This document shows, one piece after another, positions 8,020 to 16,293 of a stretch of DNA of 64,000 nucleotides. Below the pieces are notes generated by a model that was given only the letters and a program-made list of their open reading frames with translations, made no database searches and was not told where the DNA came from. How positions within the stretch are numbered: the first letter of the stretch is position 1; each line of letters begins with the position of its first letter. Source of the DNA: a virus; the IMG/VR virus record IMGVR_UViG_3300032782_000001, positions 180,404 through 244,403 of that record; one strand, 5' to 3'. A program made the position numbers and the translations under genes.

Positions 8020-10168
8020 GAATAGGCATATCGACTTCTACGGGAGTGTTTGCAACTTTCTTAGAAGGTTTTGACCGACGTGAGGCCGAAGCGATTTTCT
8101 TATTTACTTCATCGAGAAGTGTCTTCTTATCCTTATGTTCACCTCGAATGAGTTGGAAAATATCCGCAACATCATTCCCTTGTACGAACTGAAGTCCACC
8201 CTTTAATGATTCCCCTGCTACTTTATCGGCCAGGGCTTTCTTTCCCTTGAGAGTCTTGATGACATGATCGTCAATGGTCTTCCCTCCACCCTTCTTGACA
8301 GCAACAAGATGCGTTGCCACAACCATTAAATGCAAACTTCCAATGCGAATGGGCCGACCGGTGATTTGTACATAGTCCCCCCAACTCCATGGTGAATCCA
8401 CAAAAATGAGATGCTCGGCCGCATGGAGGTTGATAGACTCCGCTCCGGCCATCGTAATGAGGATCACATTTACGCCGGATTTCACGTCCTGGAAAACTTT
8501 CTTGGCCTTCTCTCGGTCGGAAGCTTTGTTTTCTTTCCCCGTAATACGAACGGTCCGAATCTTTTGTTTAGCAAGCGCCTTCTCGATGAGAGAAATCATT
8601 TTTTCGAATTTGGAAAAAATAATTACCTTGATCCCATCAAGTTCATCTTCGAGCAGCTCAAGTAATGCGTCGATCTTGCACGACGGACCATCAAAAGGAT
8701 TCCCATTCTCGTCAGCAATTAAGGCGGGCGAGTCTACTGCCTGTTGAACTAACGTCATCGCCTTAAGCATTTCAGACTCGTTTGCATCCGCTTGAGATCC
8801 AGTCTCCAAAAGACCGACTTCTGCCAGGTCATAAAGTTCTTGCTGAACATCTGAAAGCTCACATCGGAGTTCTCGAGAAACGAGTTGAGGAAGTTCCTTC
8901 GCAACCTCATGCTTCCGCCGACTAAGGTAGTACGGTTCAATAAGTTCTACGAATTTGTCGAGGTGTTTGTAACCCACGACAATCGGGACCTTCCGACCAC
9001 CGCCGATTGGTTGAAGTTTCACAACGCAAAAATCATCGTGAAATTTTTTAATAGTCGGCATTAATCCGGGTCGTACGATGCGAAACAGACTGAAGAACTC
9101 CATCAAACGGTTTTTTACTGCTGTAGCTGTCATACCGATAATTCGATCGCATTCAGATGAGATTTCAGCCACCGTTTGATGAATACGGCCTCGATGGTTT
9201 TTCAGTACATGTTGCTCATCCATGACGAGCATAAATTTCACTTCAGGCTGTCGATTTTTTAGTTCTCGAAGATATGAAAGGAATCCAGGGGTCTTCTTGG
9301 GAGGAGCTACAATGTCTCCCAGTCTCACGATTTCAGCATCCCCTGCTTTCTGGGAATCACGCAGAGTAATTAGCTTCTGAACAAATTCCATGTCTCCTTG
9401 CGTAAGCGGAGCAGGGAGATCTCGCGATGGGGCAGAGCCCGCCAGAACGGCTCGGAGATATTCACTGGCCTCATAAGGAAGTTCTCCGAATTTCCGACGA
9501 AATTGATCTCGCGTGGCGTCAAGAAGAACGGCCGATTCTTTCAGAGATTTCCGAAGATCTTTTAGTTGTTTGACAATGTTTTTATCCGGCTTTTGACTCT
9601 TGTCACGGACGACAGATTCCCCGGCGTCTCGAAGAACCATGTCGTAGGTCAGAATCAATAACTTCTTCTTAGAAGGATCATGGTTCAAGAAGAAATCTTC
9701 GTAGATAACCTGACGTTCGTAGGGTTCCCCGTCTACAGTCACTGCTTCCATGTTGTGCATGAATCGAGAAGTTTCATCTGCCCATTGGAATAATGCTGAT
9801 TTTTTCGTGAAGACGATAGGAACGTACTCTGGTTCCTTCATCCAAATGTAGCCGATGGTACTTAGAACTTGAAGCGTTTTACCAAGTCCTGTATCGTCTC
9901 CGAGAATCATCCGCTCCACCATGAGCATGTTCATGATGCCTTGAGCTTGATAATTCCTAATTTGGACAGGACGTTCTTCGGTCTCGTCGTGATACACTGA
10001 TTTAAGATATGGTGATGGCTTCAATTTCAAATCTTGAGCCGACCGAAGCTGACGGAGCTTCCCCAAGATCTCTTGCATATCTTCACATCTTACAGAGAGC
10101 CGATGGCATGATGGGCTCTTTCTAGAACCCATCCGGTATGAACCGGAACTTCCGATCTGCCATCGCAT
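7964..10168 (-). CDS. SNF2/Rad54-family DNA-dependent ATPase
   Basis: Motif I ILGDDTGLGKTLQV, motif II MLVMDEQHVLKN, and a helicase-C domain with motif VI QITGRPIRIGS. Confidence 0.9.
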   Translation of the reverse strand: MRWQIGSSGSYRMGSRKSPSCHRLSVRCEDMQEILGKLRQLRSAQDLKLKPSPYLKSVYHDETEERPVQIRNYQAQGIMNMLMVERMILGDDTGLGKTLQVLSTIGYIWMKEPEYVPIVFTKKSALFQWADETSRFMHNMEAVTVDGEPYERQVIYEDFFLNHDPSKKKLLILTYDMVLRDAGESVVRDKSQKPDKNIVKQLKDLRKSLKESAVLLDATRDQFRRKFGELPYEASEYLRAVLAGSAPSRDLPAPLTQGDMEFVQKLITLRDSQKAGDAEIVRLGDIVAPPKKTPGFLSYLRELKNRQPEVKFMLVMDEQHVLKNHRGRIHQTVAEISSECDRIIGMTATAVKNRLMEFFSLFRIVRPGLMPTIKKFHDDFCVVKLQPIGGGRKVPIVVGYKHLDKFVELIEPYYLSRRKHEVAKELPQLVSRELRCELSDVQQELYDLAEVGLLETGSQADANESEMLKAMTLVQQAVDSPALIADENGNPFDGPSCKIDALLELLEDELDGIKVIIFSKFEKMISLIEKALAKQKIRTVRITGKENKASDREKAKKVFQDVKSGVNVILITMAGAESINLHAAEHLIFVDSPWSWGDYVQITGRPIRIGSLHLMVVATHLVAVKKGGGKTIDDHVIKTLKGKKALADKVAGESLKGGLQFVQGNDVADIFQLIRGEHKDKKTLLDEVNKKIASASRRSKPSKKVANTPVEVDMPIRADDAETIVIHTIDLSDI

Positions 10169-10656
10169 CCGTCTTGATCGTCACGTCCGTACCTACTTTG
10201 GGCCTTTCTACAGCCGGATGTAGTTCTTGGATCAGTAACTTCAAGAAGGATCCTGTCGGTCAGATTCAGAATGTCATCCAAATCGTAGAGACAATCATCT
10301 CTGTCGGTACTCTTGTCTTCGGCCAAGTCAAGCAAGCGCTTCCGACTGATGCTCAAGCCAAGGCTCAAGCCGATTGGGATGAAGCACTGTTGAAGGTGAA
10401 CTCCGCCGTAGCGGCACTCCAATCAGCAGTAAAAGTAGCAGCTGACGCCAATCAGCCTAATCCGGATTTGAGCAAGCTCGTGACGGATCTCATGGCAGCA
10501 ATCGATGCTCTCCACGCTGTTGTAAACACGTACAGTGCAAAACCTTCGACTGGTAAATTGACGGCTGCAGTGAAGCCGAAGGGATATGATTTATTCGTAC
10601 AGCAGATTGCGCTTCTAAAAAGCCAATCGCCAATGATCTCGTCTTCGACGAAGTAA
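10138..10656 (+). CDS. Secreted/lipoprotein-like small protein with helical mature domain
   Basis: N-terminal hydrophobic segment ending GLSTAGC (lipobox-like), followed by a predicted alpha-helical Ala/Lys/Gln-rich region. This is the only plus-strand gene besides dnaJ in the first 63 kb. Confidence 0.55.
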   Translation: MNRNFRSAIASVLIVTSVPTLGLSTAGCSSWISNFKKDPVGQIQNVIQIVETIISVGTLVFGQVKQALPTDAQAKAQADWDEALLKVNSAVAALQSAVKVAADANQPNPDLSKLVTDLMAAIDALHAVVNTYSAKPSTGKLTAAVKPKGYDLFVQQIALLKSQSPMISSSTK

Positions 10657-10661
10657 TTGCC

Positions 10662-11636
10662 CTATGGGCAACACATCACGTCCTTGCCTGAAATGACCTG
10701 TTTCAGGTTTTGGCATCCAGGGTTGGACTGCGTGGTGTGAACGCAGATTCCTGCATTGCACTTATTTTCCAGACAATCGCTGTCGTATAGACATCCCTGT
10801 CCAACATCACACCTTGCCGGGTTGACTCCACCGCAGTCGATGTCGGTTTCGTAGGTGTCTTGAGTATTGTTGGCGTACGAAGCCGGGCAGGCATATCCAT
10901 TTCCGGCCGTCCCACAGAATCCGTCAAACCCGGAGTCACGGTAGCATCCTTCGCAAATGCCCACGTGTGCCCAATTCGGCGGAGGATTGGCGTAAGGGAC
11001 GTACGGAGGATCGCCAGAAGTGCAGTATTGCAACTCGATGACGAAAACTCCATCAACCAAACGTTGGCACTGCCCATTTGAGTTGGGCTGCGGAACGCAG
11101 TTCTGCGTATGACCGCAGTCATCGATGTAGCTGCCACAATTGTTGGATTGGCAGACTACGTTCGGAGTCTGAGTCGGAACGCACTGATGGCACTGATGAT
11201 CAGCCCCGCAAGTATCCGAACCTGAACACGGGTTGCATTGTACGGTGTTGCCGCACCCGTCGTCCCAAGCCCCGCAATACGCAGGACTCGGGCACCCATC
11301 GGGCACACATCCCGTTCCGCTGGAACCGCCAACTCCGGAACCGCCACCGCCACCGCCACCGCCACCGCCACCGCCACTTCCGGAGGACACGCCGGTACCA
11401 CTTCCCGAATTACTGGCGCCACCAGAAGAACCCGTAGAACCCGTGGAGTTCGCAGATGAAGCCATAGCTCCACCAGAAGAGTCCGAATTACCTCCGCCAG
11501 CATTGCCTCCGCCCGACCCAGGAGACCCTGACCCGGCGGACGTGGGCTTGGTTTGGAACAAGTCACTCGTTCCAGGATCACCACACCCGAGGACCACCGA
11601 AACCAAAATGGAAACCAAAAACAAACCCTGATTCAT
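10662..11636 (-). CDS. Lipoprotein with long Gly/Ser linker and Cys-rich C-terminal domain
   Basis: Signal peptide MNQGLFLVSILVSVVLGC (lipobox VLGC), an ~100-aa G/S-rich low-complexity linker including G12, then ~40 Cys in CG/CxxC-type patterns. Confidence 0.7.
   Translation of the reverse strand: MNQGLFLVSILVSVVLGCGDPGTSDLFQTKPTSAGSGSPGSGGGNAGGGNSDSSGGAMASSANSTGSTGSSGGASNSGSGTGVSSGSGGGGGGGGGGGGSGVGGSSGTGCVPDGCPSPAYCGAWDDGCGNTVQCNPCSGSDTCGADHQCHQCVPTQTPNVVCQSNNCGSYIDDCGHTQNCVPQPNSNGQCQRLVDGVFVIELQYCTSGDPPYVPYANPPPNWAHVGICEGCYRDSGFDGFCGTAGNGYACPASYANNTQDTYETDIDCGGVNPARCDVGQGCLYDSDCLENKCNAGICVHTTQSNPGCQNLKQVISGKDVMCCP
10687..10711 (+). terminator. Candidate rho-independent terminator for the plus-strand lipoprotein gene, embedded in the 3' codons of the convergent minus-strand gene
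   Basis: cctgaaa-tgacctg-tttcagg (7-bp stem) followed by tttt, 31 nt after the stop at 10656. Confidence 0.4.
11339..11374. repeat. Perfect (ccgcca)x6 hexanucleotide microsatellite encoding poly-Gly in the lipoprotein linker
   Basis: Six exact tandem copies at 11339-11374; in-frame, so copy-number change alters linker length and not reading frame. Confidence 0.85.
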
Positions 11637-11687
11637 GAACCGTATCCTCCTTTAGGATAATCAGTTCTACGAAAGGGTGTTTGGTAT

Positions 11688-14600
11688 TTACGGAGTTTCC
11701 AAAGTAGCAATGTTATGGAGCATTGCGTTACCGGAAGTAAATACTCGGTCTCCGATCACTGTAATGCTGTAACCAGTCTCGCACCCGCGGAGACCGAGAG
11801 TGCTCACACTCGATGGAGTCGTCAATGCTACCTGAAGACTTCCGGCATCAAGCTGATTGACTTTAATGTGGCCTCCAGTATTACCATTCCGAACGTCATT
11901 CCCCATGATCAGTCCATGAGGTTTGTTATTGGCAATGCCTCCAGCAGGAATTTCGAATTGAATCTGAACCGTCGACGTGTTGTTTCCGTAACAAAGATTG
12001 TCCAGAATTTCGAATGGAGCGCTATCGCCTGATCCAACCAAACTCATGTAAATACCGGGGACATTGAAGAATTGTCCGCAATTCGTGATGAGATTTCCGT
12101 TGATAGACACGTTAAACCAGTTTCCAATTCCAGCAGAAGCAGCAGCAATTCCGCTGTTGGAACAGTCGATGATATGATTATTGAGAAATCGAATCTGAGA
12201 TACGGCGGAATCTGCAACGAACATATTGAAGCCCATGCCAACTCTGGCTTCGCTGACATGACAATTTTCAATTGTCAAGTTACTAGCAAAATTGGAGGAA
12301 CCGGTGTATAGCGAACCGGTAGCCACGGATGGGATTAAGAATCCCCAAGCTTGGGTTTGAGCCGGTGCGAATCCGGGTTGACGGTATAGCTGAATAACTG
12401 AATTAATGATGTTGATTCCGGCCAAAGGACTGGGACTAAACAACGTGGAGTCCCAAGGTTCCAAAATCACAATTGCAGATTGTGCCCAGTCTCCGGTCGA
12501 TGCCGTGGTCCCCGTCATACGCAAACCATCAATGTTAGCGTAGAAGACGTTCGGAACACCGCTGGCAACACGAGGTCGTAGCCTCAACCTGTGGAAGGGT
12601 TGGCCTCCAATCCCACCCAATACGTAATCCCGAATTGAAACATCCTTCATCACGAGTTCAGACCACCGCACAATAAGATCACCCGAAGCACCAAGCTGAG
12701 GGCAACCTTGGAATTGGACTCCATTCATTTCAATATGGAACGCATTGATTGCAAATGCTGACCATGCGTTGGCGTTGATGACATCACCAACTGCACCAAG
12801 CCACCAAAGCTTGGAATCAGCAGTCATGGTTCCGGAAACTGTAGCTCCTGGAGCCCCCCTGTCGAAGCCCATAGTCACATTCCGAATGAACACACCGCCC
12901 TGACCATCACCATAAGACCCAGGCTGGATCAGGTCGGCGCCTCCGACATCCGAAATAGTGAATGGATTGAAGAAAGTCGGGACTGCCGTGCAGAACCACC
13001 GACCTCCTTCAATTTCAAGTCTGTGAACGGCTAGATATCCAGTTCCAGCATTCTGACCATTTGTCTGAGGTTGCAAATGGATGAGGATGGAATTGATGCC
13101 ACCATTAACATTTGCGACGACTTGGCAGTTCCTGTAGAGAAGCCGACTTACTGCTACCCCGGTCAAGGCAGTGGCATCAGATCCGGCGGGGTCAACATCA
13201 ATGACTCCGCAATTTCCTACCAAGTTCCCGCCAACACCCGTAGTCGACATTAAATTGAACGAGCATCGTTCGTATTCGATGTCACCAATAAGGGTGAGAG
13301 GAACGACAGCACTGGCTGAAACGAGCTTCAACGCCGGCTGATTTTGACCAACGTTGAAGGTACAGTCTAACGCCTTGAAAGGGCCATGGACGAGCCCATT
13401 ACCCATCGTCATGGTAATGCAAGGTTTGTCGGCACTAGCATTACCAGTATTGAATACACAACGGATGAGATTATATGCACCGCCATCCGTAATTTGCAAG
13501 ACGGTGCCTGAAAATAGAACGTCTTCAGCGACCAAAATGACGTTTTTGTTGACATCTACACGAGCGAAGGGGGGACCAGCATGACTAATAGTAAGATTCT
13601 TGAGCCAAACATTGGCTCCTGATACTCCTGTCCCGAATTGGATGGCGGGAGTCACGCCATCCGTCACATTAATGACGACGCCGTCCCTATGCATTCCTTC
13701 AATGACAACGCCTTTACCATCAGCGATAGAAATAGCACCAACACCCGTATTGATATTGTAAATGCCGCTCTTGACTTGGATTCGAATATGATTGAATGGG
13801 GTGCTGGAATTCCAGAAAGCAATAGCTTGCTGGATAGCATTTACACCGTTGAAATCACCAAAGCTAATGTTCCCGTCACCGCATGTGACAGTCCATTTTG
13901 CGTTAACACGCTTAAATAGCGTCGGAGTAGGATCTGGGTCAGCATTATCTAGAACGTGGAGATTTTCAGCATTATCCGAACCTACGGAATTCGTAAGTTG
14001 AACCGGATCGACGGTGTTTTGATCTCGGAACAGAAGAGGTCCGGTAAGACATGCAAGAGCAGTTTTGGATCCGAGTTCTGCAGACCACTCAGTGTCGGCA
14101 ACGTCGAAGACGCTAAGACGGACAGCGTGTTGATCCCAGTTACTTTCGTTCCATGTACCCGCAGATAGACGACCACGGGTAGCAACGTCCATGAAATGTT
14201 GGCTTCCGGAATCATTCCCTGGAGCCAATGAGAGTTTCGTAGCGGCCAATGAAGCAACATCTTTAGCGTACGCCGTTCCATTCCATTTGGCGTTGACCGT
14301 AAAGATCATTCTTCCACTGTCGTCTGTATACAGACGAAATGCAACATCTGTGGGAATGGCAGGAGCAGGAATCGCAATGGATTCCCAAATCAGGGTATAC
14401 TGACCAGACGAGACCGAATGGGGAGTCAGAATTCTGGGAGCAAGCGCAACCGCAGAAGGAGTTACATCAGCACCGAGCTGAATACTGGCAGCTTGAATGA
14501 ATCGTTGGAAAATTTCAAGGACCCCCGCAGGGATTTTGCCTTGATTGTTCAGACCGGCAAATCTACCGATGTTTTGGATACCATCATTAGGGTTGGCAGG

Positions 14601-16238
14601 AATTTCCTGCCGGTTGGAGAAGAAATCTTCGGAAGTCTTTTCTTCGTTCGCGGGGACCTCTCCAAATTCCATTACTTCTGGAATGAGAATGTCCAGACCC
14701 GTATCGAAATCATTAGATGGAGGGGTGGCGGGTTCTTCTCCAACCGAGTTAGAGTATACCCCCGCCGTTAGACCCATCTTGGCTAGGGGTGTCCCACTCA
14801 GATTACTAACTGAAATCGTGCTAGTTAAATCTGGGTTCCTATAAAGTCCAGACAGTGTGATTTCAGCTCCACCATAAAGGGTGGCAAGAACACTCCCGTG
14901 GTACTCACCAGGAATGATCCCGAGAGTATTGAGTGCACTGAGATTCTGGTTAGGATTGAGTTGTAGAATGACGGAGGACACAGTCCCGTCAATACTGGTG
15001 CTCCGAATTTCTACAAACTTCTGACCGTTAATTGTAACGGCAGAACATGTTCCTTGAGCCGCTTGAGAAGCCGCAGCAATGGCTGCAGTAACTGTTGCCG
15101 CTACGTCCTCTGCGGTAGTCTCCGGACCCAGATTAATGACGATCGGAGCGTTATTGTTGAGAATCAGTTGAAAGTTACTAGTATTGGTAAAGTTATATGG
15201 TTCGGGTACATTAGATGTGACAATAGCGCGTCCAGCGCCCGTTCCGAAGCCGTCCGTAGCGTTATGCCATGATTGATTGATGGCATTAATGACATCTTGA
15301 ACGGAAGTAATGGTCCCGAAAGCTGTGTCTACTGTAACTGAGTAGCTGGTATCAGGATCAGCTACGACAATTCGAAGAACATCGCCGGGGCCCAGAGATG
15401 TGAAATTGCTCTGAGTAGTGGTGATGGAAGCGGGTACGGGTCCCGTAGTGAACCAAGAAAGCTGCCAAGTTGGAGTGTATGCCTGATGAGGATCGTAAGG
15501 CTTCTGCGGACTCCAACGTAACCTAGCGTAAACTGGCTGTGCGGGTCCAATATTGGGAACGAGAGTCCTGAACCCTGTCGACAACATCTGCAAAGGAGCT
15601 GTGAGCAGGATTTGTTCACGGGGACTGTAACGAGCTTGGACTGTTCCTCCCCTACCATCAGGAGTATTTGAATTAATCCCTCGTCGAGGCCCGGAAAACC
15701 CCGTAGCAGTGGCCGTGGTTACAAGTCCATAACCAAGAATCTGAACAATTCCGGGGGTAACATCAGTAATAGTAACAAACGCATCATCGCCAGTAGTGAA
15801 ATTACTACCATGAGCGCTTCGAATTTGAAGCCGTCCGTTATTATTACTAGCAGCATTTACAGTGACGCCGAATCCCGCAAGAGTAGCATTGATACGTGCT
15901 GCAATGCGGGAGGCTGTCAAAACCGAAATAGATGAAAGAGTTACAAAATCACCAGCCTGAATCGTGACAACAATGGGATTACCACTATTGACATTGGGCA
16001 TGGTAATGGAAAATTGATTTCCAGTTCCAGCTCCAAAGAATGGTTCGTTGTTCAGACCAGTGAGGTAAGCACCAACATCCAGAGCAGCACCGTCAACAAT
16101 TTGACTGACGGTGTCGTTCAGGAAGCCGTTATACTGGCCTCCAGTGAGATTCCAGACCGGCCCCGTGTGGAACGGAACGGTATGGCGTGAAAACCTAAGC
16201 TGAAGGTCATCAATTTGTTGCGCGCGAGGCCTGGTCAT
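11688..16238 (-). CDS. Giant tail fibre/tailspike protein with C-terminal right-handed parallel beta-helix (pectate-lyase-like) domain
   Basis: 1516 aa. The C-terminal ~700 aa carry repeated beta-helix rungs (NNHIIDCSNSGIAA..., INGNLITNCG..., GNDVRNGNTGGHI..., many N/G/S/T-rich turns). SD GGGAG 4 nt upstream of the ATG. Confidence 0.7.
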   Translation of the reverse strand: MTRPRAQQIDDLQLRFSRHTVPFHTGPVWNLTGGQYNGFLNDTVSQIVDGAALDVGAYLTGLNNEPFFGAGTGNQFSITMPNVNSGNPIVVTIQAGDFVTLSSISVLTASRIAARINATLAGFGVTVNAASNNNGRLQIRSAHGSNFTTGDDAFVTITDVTPGIVQILGYGLVTTATATGFSGPRRGINSNTPDGRGGTVQARYSPREQILLTAPLQMLSTGFRTLVPNIGPAQPVYARLRWSPQKPYDPHQAYTPTWQLSWFTTGPVPASITTTQSNFTSLGPGDVLRIVVADPDTSYSVTVDTAFGTITSVQDVINAINQSWHNATDGFGTGAGRAIVTSNVPEPYNFTNTSNFQLILNNNAPIVINLGPETTAEDVAATVTAAIAAASQAAQGTCSAVTINGQKFVEIRSTSIDGTVSSVILQLNPNQNLSALNTLGIIPGEYHGSVLATLYGGAEITLSGLYRNPDLTSTISVSNLSGTPLAKMGLTAGVYSNSVGEEPATPPSNDFDTGLDILIPEVMEFGEVPANEEKTSEDFFSNRQEIPANPNDGIQNIGRFAGLNNQGKIPAGVLEIFQRFIQAASIQLGADVTPSAVALAPRILTPHSVSSGQYTLIWESIAIPAPAIPTDVAFRLYTDDSGRMIFTVNAKWNGTAYAKDVASLAATKLSLAPGNDSGSQHFMDVATRGRLSAGTWNESNWDQHAVRLSVFDVADTEWSAELGSKTALACLTGPLLFRDQNTVDPVQLTNSVGSDNAENLHVLDNADPDPTPTLFKRVNAKWTVTCGDGNISFGDFNGVNAIQQAIAFWNSSTPFNHIRIQVKSGIYNINTGVGAISIADGKGVVIEGMHRDGVVINVTDGVTPAIQFGTGVSGANVWLKNLTISHAGPPFARVDVNKNVILVAEDVLFSGTVLQITDGGAYNLIRCVFNTGNASADKPCITMTMGNGLVHGPFKALDCTFNVGQNQPALKLVSASAVVPLTLIGDIEYERCSFNLMSTTGVGGNLVGNCGVIDVDPAGSDATALTGVAVSRLLYRNCQVVANVNGGINSILIHLQPQTNGQNAGTGYLAVHRLEIEGGRWFCTAVPTFFNPFTISDVGGADLIQPGSYGDGQGGVFIRNVTMGFDRGAPGATVSGTMTADSKLWWLGAVGDVINANAWSAFAINAFHIEMNGVQFQGCPQLGASGDLIVRWSELVMKDVSIRDYVLGGIGGQPFHRLRLRPRVASGVPNVFYANIDGLRMTGTTASTGDWAQSAIVILEPWDSTLFSPSPLAGINIINSVIQLYRQPGFAPAQTQAWGFLIPSVATGSLYTGSSNFASNLTIENCHVSEARVGMGFNMFVADSAVSQIRFLNNHIIDCSNSGIAAASAGIGNWFNVSINGNLITNCGQFFNVPGIYMSLVGSGDSAPFEILDNLCYGNNTSTVQIQFEIPAGGIANNKPHGLIMGNDVRNGNTGGHIKVNQLDAGSLQVALTTPSSVSTLGLRGCETGYSITVIGDRVFTSGNAMLHNIATLETP

Positions 16239-16293
16239 GATGCTCCCGTCACAGCAAAACGCACTATAGACCTAGAATAGATCAAAAGAGTAT

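Noticed and set aside
8406-8747. 113-aa plus-strand ORF with a poly-Ser run
   Set aside because: It lies antisense within the well-supported SNF2 ATPase gene.
11078-11631. Plus-strand ORFs encoding poly-His (RHRHRHRH) and poly-Pro runs
   Set aside because: They are alternative-frame/antisense readings of the (ccgcca)n poly-Gly microsatellite inside the lipoprotein gene, and so are compositional artefacts.
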